Positions 59,393 to 64,000 of a stretch of 64,000 nucleotides of DNA are shown here, piece after piece (the stretch's first letter is position 1; the number at the start of each line of letters is the position of its first letter). The position numbers and the translations under genes are program-made. A model generated the notes under the pieces. The model ran no database searches, was not told the origin of the DNA, and worked only from the letters and a program-made list of their open reading frames with translations. Source of the DNA: an uncultured delta proteobacterium (lineage in GTDB: Bacteria; Myxococcota_A; UBA9160; SMWR01); NCBI GenBank assembly GCA_963832165.1, contig CAWHTE010000007.1, positions 544,001-608,000 of the forward strand, read 5' to 3'.

Positions 59393-60672
59393 TGACGGCG
59401 CCCACGAGATTGCCTTCGCGCGCCGCGTCGCGCCTGGGCTGGCAGGACATCTACGAGAAGTCGCTCGACTGCGTGCACTGCGGTCTGTGCCTGCCCGCGT
59501 GCCCGACCTATCGCGAGACCGGGCGCGAGCAGTCGTCGCCGCGCGGCCGCATCTACCTGATGCGCGGCGTGGCCGAGGGCCGCATCGAGCTCGGCGACGT
59601 GGTGCGCGACGAGGCGCATCTGTGCCTGGCGTGCCGCGCGTGCGAGACCGCGTGTCCGTCCGGGGTGCAGTACGGCGCGATGGTCGAGCGCGTGCGCGAA
59701 GAGGTGCAGCTCGCCGGCCTGCGCGAGGACGCGCTCTCCCGGATCGAGCGCGCAGTGCTGCGCCACGTGATTCCGAACCGCAAGCGCCTGGGCTTTGCGT
59801 TCGATCTGCTCGCGATCGCGCAGAAGCTCCGGCTCGACAGCGTGTTCGCGAAGCTGCTGCCCGCGCGCCTGGCCACGATGCGCGCTCTGTTGCCGCGGGT
59901 CCCACCGCGCCATCGGCGCCGCGCGCATCCGGCGCTCCTGCCCGCGCGCGGCGAGCGGCGCGGGCGAGTCGGGTTCCTCACGGGCTGCGTGATGGCGGAG
60001 CTGTTCCCGGGCACGAACGACGCGACGGTGCGCGTGCTCGCGCACAACGGCTTCGACGTGGTGGTGCCGCCCGATCAGGGCTGCTGCGGTGCGCTCCAGG
60101 CGCACGCGGGCGACGCCGAGACCGCGCATGCGCTCGCGCGCAAGAACATCATCGCGTTCTCGGACGTCCACGTCGTGATCACGAACTCGGCGGGCTGCGG
60201 CGCCGCGCTGCGCGACGTGGAGCATTGGATCGAGCTCCGTGGCAAGTCGTTCGCGGCCAAGGCGCGCGACATCTGCGAGTGGCTCGACGAGGTGGGCCTG
60301 CGCGCACCGACCGGACGCATCGACGCGCGTGTGTGTTACGACGATCCGTGCCACCTGATCCATGGCCAGAAGGTGTCGGCTGCGCCGCGCCGCCTGCTCG
60401 CGCTGATTCCGGGTCTCGAGCTGATTCCGCACGCGGATCCGGGTGCGTGTTGCGGGGCCGCCGGCACGTACAACCTCACCCAACCCGAGATGTCGCGCGC
60501 GGTGCTCGCGCGCAAGCTCGACTCGCTCGCGGCCGCCGACCCCGATCTGGTCGTGACCGGCAACCCGGGCTGCCTGATGCAGCTGCGCGCGGGCCTCGCC
60601 GCGCGCGGCCTGCGCGCGCAGGTCGTGCACCCGGTCGATCTGCTCGACCGCGCCTACAGCACGAAACCCTAA
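59392..60672 (+). CDS. glcF: Glycolate oxidase Fe-S subunit
   Basis: CVHCGLCLPACP, SPRGRI, CLACRACETACPSGV, and two CCG domains. Confidence 0.9.
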   Translation: MTAPTRLPSRAASRLGWQDIYEKSLDCVHCGLCLPACPTYRETGREQSSPRGRIYLMRGVAEGRIELGDVVRDEAHLCLACRACETACPSGVQYGAMVERVREEVQLAGLREDALSRIERAVLRHVIPNRKRLGFAFDLLAIAQKLRLDSVFAKLLPARLATMRALLPRVPPRHRRRAHPALLPARGERRGRVGFLTGCVMAELFPGTNDATVRVLAHNGFDVVVPPDQGCCGALQAHAGDAETAHALARKNIIAFSDVHVVITNSAGCGAALRDVEHWIELRGKSFAAKARDICEWLDEVGLRAPTGRIDARVCYDDPCHLIHGQKVSAAPRRLLALIPGLELIPHADPGACCGAAGTYNLTQPEMSRAVLARKLDSLAAADPDLVVTGNPGCLMQLRAGLAARGLRAQVVHPVDLLDRAYSTKP

Positions 60673-62771
60673 TCGCGATACAGCACTGCGTCGGGGGTGG
60701 TCTTCGGCGGACGCAGGCGCGGAAACGCGCCGAGCTGGAGGCTCGTGAGATCTCCCTGCACGACGAGCTCGATCGGCAGCGGCTCGCGGCTGCGCACCAT
60801 GCCGTAGCGCTCGCGCATGCCGCGGTAGGCATAACGCGCCTCGGCCTCGGGGCGCTCGTCGACGTCGTCGGCGAGCCCGAGTCGAGCGCGCTCGAACACC
60901 ACGTCGCGCTCCGCGTTGGGCTCGAGCGCGTCGTCTTCGTCGAGCAGCGAATTCCGGAAGCTGGTCTCCTCGAGCCGCGCGACCAGGCGCGCGAAATCCG
61001 GCTCGGCGAGCTGCGCACCGAGCCGGCGCGGCGGATCGTCTTCGTCGCCGCTCTCCGCGAGCACGGAGATCACCACGTCGCGCCCGCCCACGAGCGTGAC
61101 GCCATCCGGGTGGAGCTCGCCGTTGCTCGGCTCGTCGTCGAGCAACGCCGTGGAGAGATCGAGCCCACCCGGCCCCGCGATGGCGGGATTCTCGAGCAGG
61201 AAGCCGCGCGAGAGCTGCACCGCGTGCGCGGTGTGATCGGCCGTCTGTTCGCGCGCGGCGCGGCCGGCTTCGTCGCCCGCGCGCGTCTCCGGGAACGCGC
61301 GCGCGACGTTCGCGAGCAGGCGCGGGCGCAACGCGTTGCTCTTCTCGTCCGATGCCACCTTCAGCGCCTGCTCGGCGGCGCGCTCGCGCAGCACGTCGAG
61401 CTCGGCGTCGGAAGCGTCGGGTCGGCCCTCCGCCACGCGCAGCGCGCCGACCCAGTTCTCGCGATCGCGCTCGAACTCCTCGAGCCAGTCGCGCACCTCG
61501 TGCGCGTGCGCGCCGCGCGGCCTCTGCTCGAGATAGCGACGCGCGTGCACGGCGGTCTCGGCCGCACCGGGGGTCGAGTCGCGCCACGGGAGCTGGACGA
61601 GGCGCACCGGCAAGAGCGCCGCGCCCTGGATCCGCCACGGCAGGTCGAGCAGCCACGCGGTGAAGCCGAGCTTCCCGCGCTCGGGTGCGATCGTGAGCGG
61701 GCCGAACAGCACCCAGCGCACCGTGCGGGAGCGTTCGGCCGAGCGCTCGCGCACGAACGCGACATACGGATTGCGGACGGGGTCGTGCTGCAGCGCCTCC
61801 AGGTGGCGCTCCATCGTGGCTTCGGGCGGGTCCTCGCGACCCGCGAGTACAGCGAGGACGGTGGCGCGCTCTCCCGCGAGCTCCTCGCGCGTGCCGCCGA
61901 ACTCGAGCGTTCGCGCGAGCGCGCTCTCTCTCGCGGCGATTCGCGCCTCGGCCTTCTCCTGGAGCTCGCGCGCGTCCTCGCTGTCGACGTAGCGGCGCGC
62001 GCGACGCGCGTAGATCCACGCCGCGTCGGGAAGCCCGTCGCCCAGCGCGTCCTCGGCGCGATCGAGCGCGTTCTCGGCCTGCGTCTCGCGCCACTTCGTC
62101 TGATAGGCCTCGATCTCGGGCGAGAGCTCGGCGACCTCGGGCGCGTCTGGGTACTCGCGCACGAAGCGCTGCCAGTGCACGAGCGCCTGGCGCCGCTGGA
62201 GCGGCAGTGCGTCGTCGCGGGCGTAGTCGATGGAATAGTGAGCGAGAGCGTTGCCGACCGCGAACGGCATCAAGATCGGGTTGAAGATCGAGCGGCCGAC
62301 GGGTTCGGACACCGTGTTGAACAGCTGCGCCGTGGCGGTGTAGCGCGCTTCGTCGATGCGTTGGAGCGCGAGCGCGAGCGGATCGTCCTCGAGCCAGCGC
62401 TCGAGGCGCGCGCGCGAGGCGGCGTCGAGATCGTCGCGCTCGAGCAGGAGCTCGGTGGCGGCGAGTCCCGCGCGGCCCGGGAAGCGCACCGAGTCCGCCG
62501 CCTCGAAACCCGCGGGCACGAGTCCCGTGGCCGGACCTTCCGGGCGCAGGTCGAGCTCGGCGGTCTCGAGCCGGTCGAGTGCGCTGCTCGCGCGATCGCG
62601 ATCGGCCGCGAGCACGGCCAGCGCGAGATCGGCGGCAGCGTGGTCGAGCGCATCGGGCACGATCGACGCGCGCTGACTCGGCACGGCGATCAGACCCTCG
62701 GGCAGCGCCGCGGGTGTCGCGCACGCGAGCACACCGGCCGCAAACAACCACACCCCGAGTGCGCGCCTCAT
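60669..62771 (-). CDS. Large hypothetical lipoprotein (700 aa), helical/TPR-like
   Basis: Lipobox GVLAC; host-like codon usage; 4-bp overlap with the upstream gene. Confidence 0.7.
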   Translation of the reverse strand: MRRALGVWLFAAGVLACATPAALPEGLIAVPSQRASIVPDALDHAAADLALAVLAADRDRASSALDRLETAELDLRPEGPATGLVPAGFEAADSVRFPGRAGLAATELLLERDDLDAASRARLERWLEDDPLALALQRIDEARYTATAQLFNTVSEPVGRSIFNPILMPFAVGNALAHYSIDYARDDALPLQRRQALVHWQRFVREYPDAPEVAELSPEIEAYQTKWRETQAENALDRAEDALGDGLPDAAWIYARRARRYVDSEDARELQEKAEARIAARESALARTLEFGGTREELAGERATVLAVLAGREDPPEATMERHLEALQHDPVRNPYVAFVRERSAERSRTVRWVLFGPLTIAPERGKLGFTAWLLDLPWRIQGAALLPVRLVQLPWRDSTPGAAETAVHARRYLEQRPRGAHAHEVRDWLEEFERDRENWVGALRVAEGRPDASDAELDVLRERAAEQALKVASDEKSNALRPRLLANVARAFPETRAGDEAGRAAREQTADHTAHAVQLSRGFLLENPAIAGPGGLDLSTALLDDEPSNGELHPDGVTLVGGRDVVISVLAESGDEDDPPRRLGAQLAEPDFARLVARLEETSFRNSLLDEDDALEPNAERDVVFERARLGLADDVDERPEAEARYAYRGMRERYGMVRSREPLPIELVVQGDLTSLQLGAFPRLRPPKTTPDAVLYRD

Positions 62772-63733
62772 GGCGTGAACCGATCGCGGTCGACCGACAG
62801 CGCGAACGCGAGGAACGCCTCGAGCCGCCGCGCCGCCTCCACCTTCTCCGGGGCGCCGTCGCGCGACGCGACCATCTCGTAGATGCGCGAGCCCGAATCG
62901 ACGAGGTCGCGGAACGCGCCCGGGTCGAAGTCGAGCCCTTCGGGCGGGTGCGCTTCGACGTAGTCGAGCGACAGGTCGGCGTAGAGGTCGGCGAGTGCGA
63001 GCAGGTGGCGCGCGGCGCGCTTGCTGTCGCCGTGGCGCAGCGCCACGCGCTCGAGCTCCGAGACCGCGCGCAGATCGCCGTCCGGCAGCACGTCGCGCAG
63101 GCGCGTGAAATAGCGCGCGCGCTCGAGATCGGCGCGCTCGATCTCCTCCGCAATTACGTGCGCGTGGTGGGTGCCCTGCGCCGTCTGCGCGAGCTCCTCG
63201 AGCTTCGCCGCGCGCTCCTCGAAGCGCGCGAGCGCGGCGTCGCTGTCGGGCAGCGCGAGCTCGCCGATCCGCTCGCCGGTCGCCTTCGCGGGCGCGAGCG
63301 GCGACGGCGCGCTCACGGCCTCGTGCAGCGCGTCGAGCAGGTCCGCGCTGCGCAGCGCCTCGTCGCGCAGGTCCGCCTCGCGCTCCGCCGCGAGGTGGTA
63401 GGTGTCCGCCGCGAGGTCGTACGCGCGCAGCCGCTCGAGCGCACGGCCCTTCGCGAACGCGATCGCGCCGTCGAGATGGCCCGCGCGCAGCGCGTCGGCG
63501 TGAAGCTGTTCCAGGTTCTCGAGCCGGAGCAGACTGCTCCGGTAGACGTTGCGGTCGGTGAAATCGCGCGCGGGTTCGAAGCGATAGGTGTCGTCGGGTA
63601 CGTGGCGCTCGAGCACCGCAATGATCTCGAGCGCAGAGGCGCTCGGGCGGTAGCGCGGATCGACCTCGGGCGGGGACGCGCACGCGCACACGAGCGCGGC
63701 GCCGAGCACCGCGGTGGTGCGCAGCGAATTCAC
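62768..63733 (-). CDS. Hypothetical TPR-like lipoprotein
   Basis: GTG start overlapping the upstream stop; lipobox VCAC; AFAKGRALERLRAYDLA TPR-like helix. Confidence 0.7.
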   Translation of the reverse strand: MNSLRTTAVLGAALVCACASPPEVDPRYRPSASALEIIAVLERHVPDDTYRFEPARDFTDRNVYRSSLLRLENLEQLHADALRAGHLDGAIAFAKGRALERLRAYDLAADTYHLAAEREADLRDEALRSADLLDALHEAVSAPSPLAPAKATGERIGELALPDSDAALARFEERAAKLEELAQTAQGTHHAHVIAEEIERADLERARYFTRLRDVLPDGDLRAVSELERVALRHGDSKRAARHLLALADLYADLSLDYVEAHPPEGLDFDPGAFRDLVDSGSRIYEMVASRDGAPEKVEAARRLEAFLAFALSVDRDRFTP

Positions 63734-64000
63734 ACCGAGCGGCGCCGCGAGGCCAGCGCGTTGAGCATCTTCTCGGTCGCGATCACGGCTGCGGCGAGCT
63801 GATCCGAGTCGACGCCCAGCGTCGAGAACGTGTCGCGCGGCCGCGACTCGCGGCGCCACGTGATCACGGTCTCGACGAGCGCGGTGGTGCGGCCGCCCGG
63901 CGGGATGCGCACGCGGAAGTCCGTGAGCAGCGCCACCTCGAGGCCGAGCTCCTCGGCCGCCTTGCGCAGCGCGGTCATGAACGCGTCGTAGCCGCCGTCT
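63730..64000 (-). CDS. C-terminal regulatory domain of a citramalate/2-isopropylmalate synthase (CimA-like), partial
   Basis: GGYDAFMTAL..LTDFRVRIPPGG..LVETVITW..GVDSDQ..ATEKMLN. Confidence 0.75.
   Translation of the reverse strand, partial: DGGYDAFMTALRKAAEELGLEVALLTDFRVRIPPGGRTTALVETVITWRRESRPRDTFSTLGVDSDQLAAAVIATEKMLNALASRRRSV

Noticed and set aside
58729..63689. Very long alternative ORFs (1474 aa, 1238 aa, and the upstream part of the 1006-aa ORF)
   Set aside because: Stop-poor shadow frames of glcEF and the lipoprotein genes in high-GC DNA.

Overview
GC-rich (about 70%) bacterial chromosomal window with about 52 CDSs. I found no rRNA, tRNA, CRISPR array, transposase or integrase. The gene content (sigma-54 two-component system, PEP-CTERM signal, many SDR/LLM/CoA-transferase catabolic enzymes, a selenoprotein) fits a Myxococcota/Deltaproteobacteria-like organism; this is inference only. 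About eight genes have 1-base frameshifts, clustered at 1-5.3 kb and 40.5-42.7 kb, which look like long-read assembly errors. The left accessory block (3-16 kb) holds DUF899, DUF928, a Cys-rich secreted protein, an M23 lipoprotein, and a 1689-aa VCBS/RTX adhesin with its type I secretion ABC/MFP genes. The rest is metabolic or housekeeping: ALDH, CoA-transferase, pyrF-pyrE, CCA/HD enzyme, WS/DGAT, Mo-oxidoreductase, alkyl sulfatase with badI/badH-like genes, PQQ dehydrogenase, glcDEF, and the 3' end of a cimA/leuA-type gene. Three observations stand out. (1) One ORF encodes two CalB-like lipases joined by an internal PEP-CTERM sorting signal and a second signal peptide, a candidate polyprotein. 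(2) A deiodinase-like selenoprotein has an in-frame UGA with a bacterial SECIS hairpin and is split in the ORF track. (3) A sigma-54 two-component locus is flanked by two sigma-54 promoters that each have an adjacent CRP-type box and lead into small ORFs, a structured RNA candidate and a wax ester/TAG synthase.
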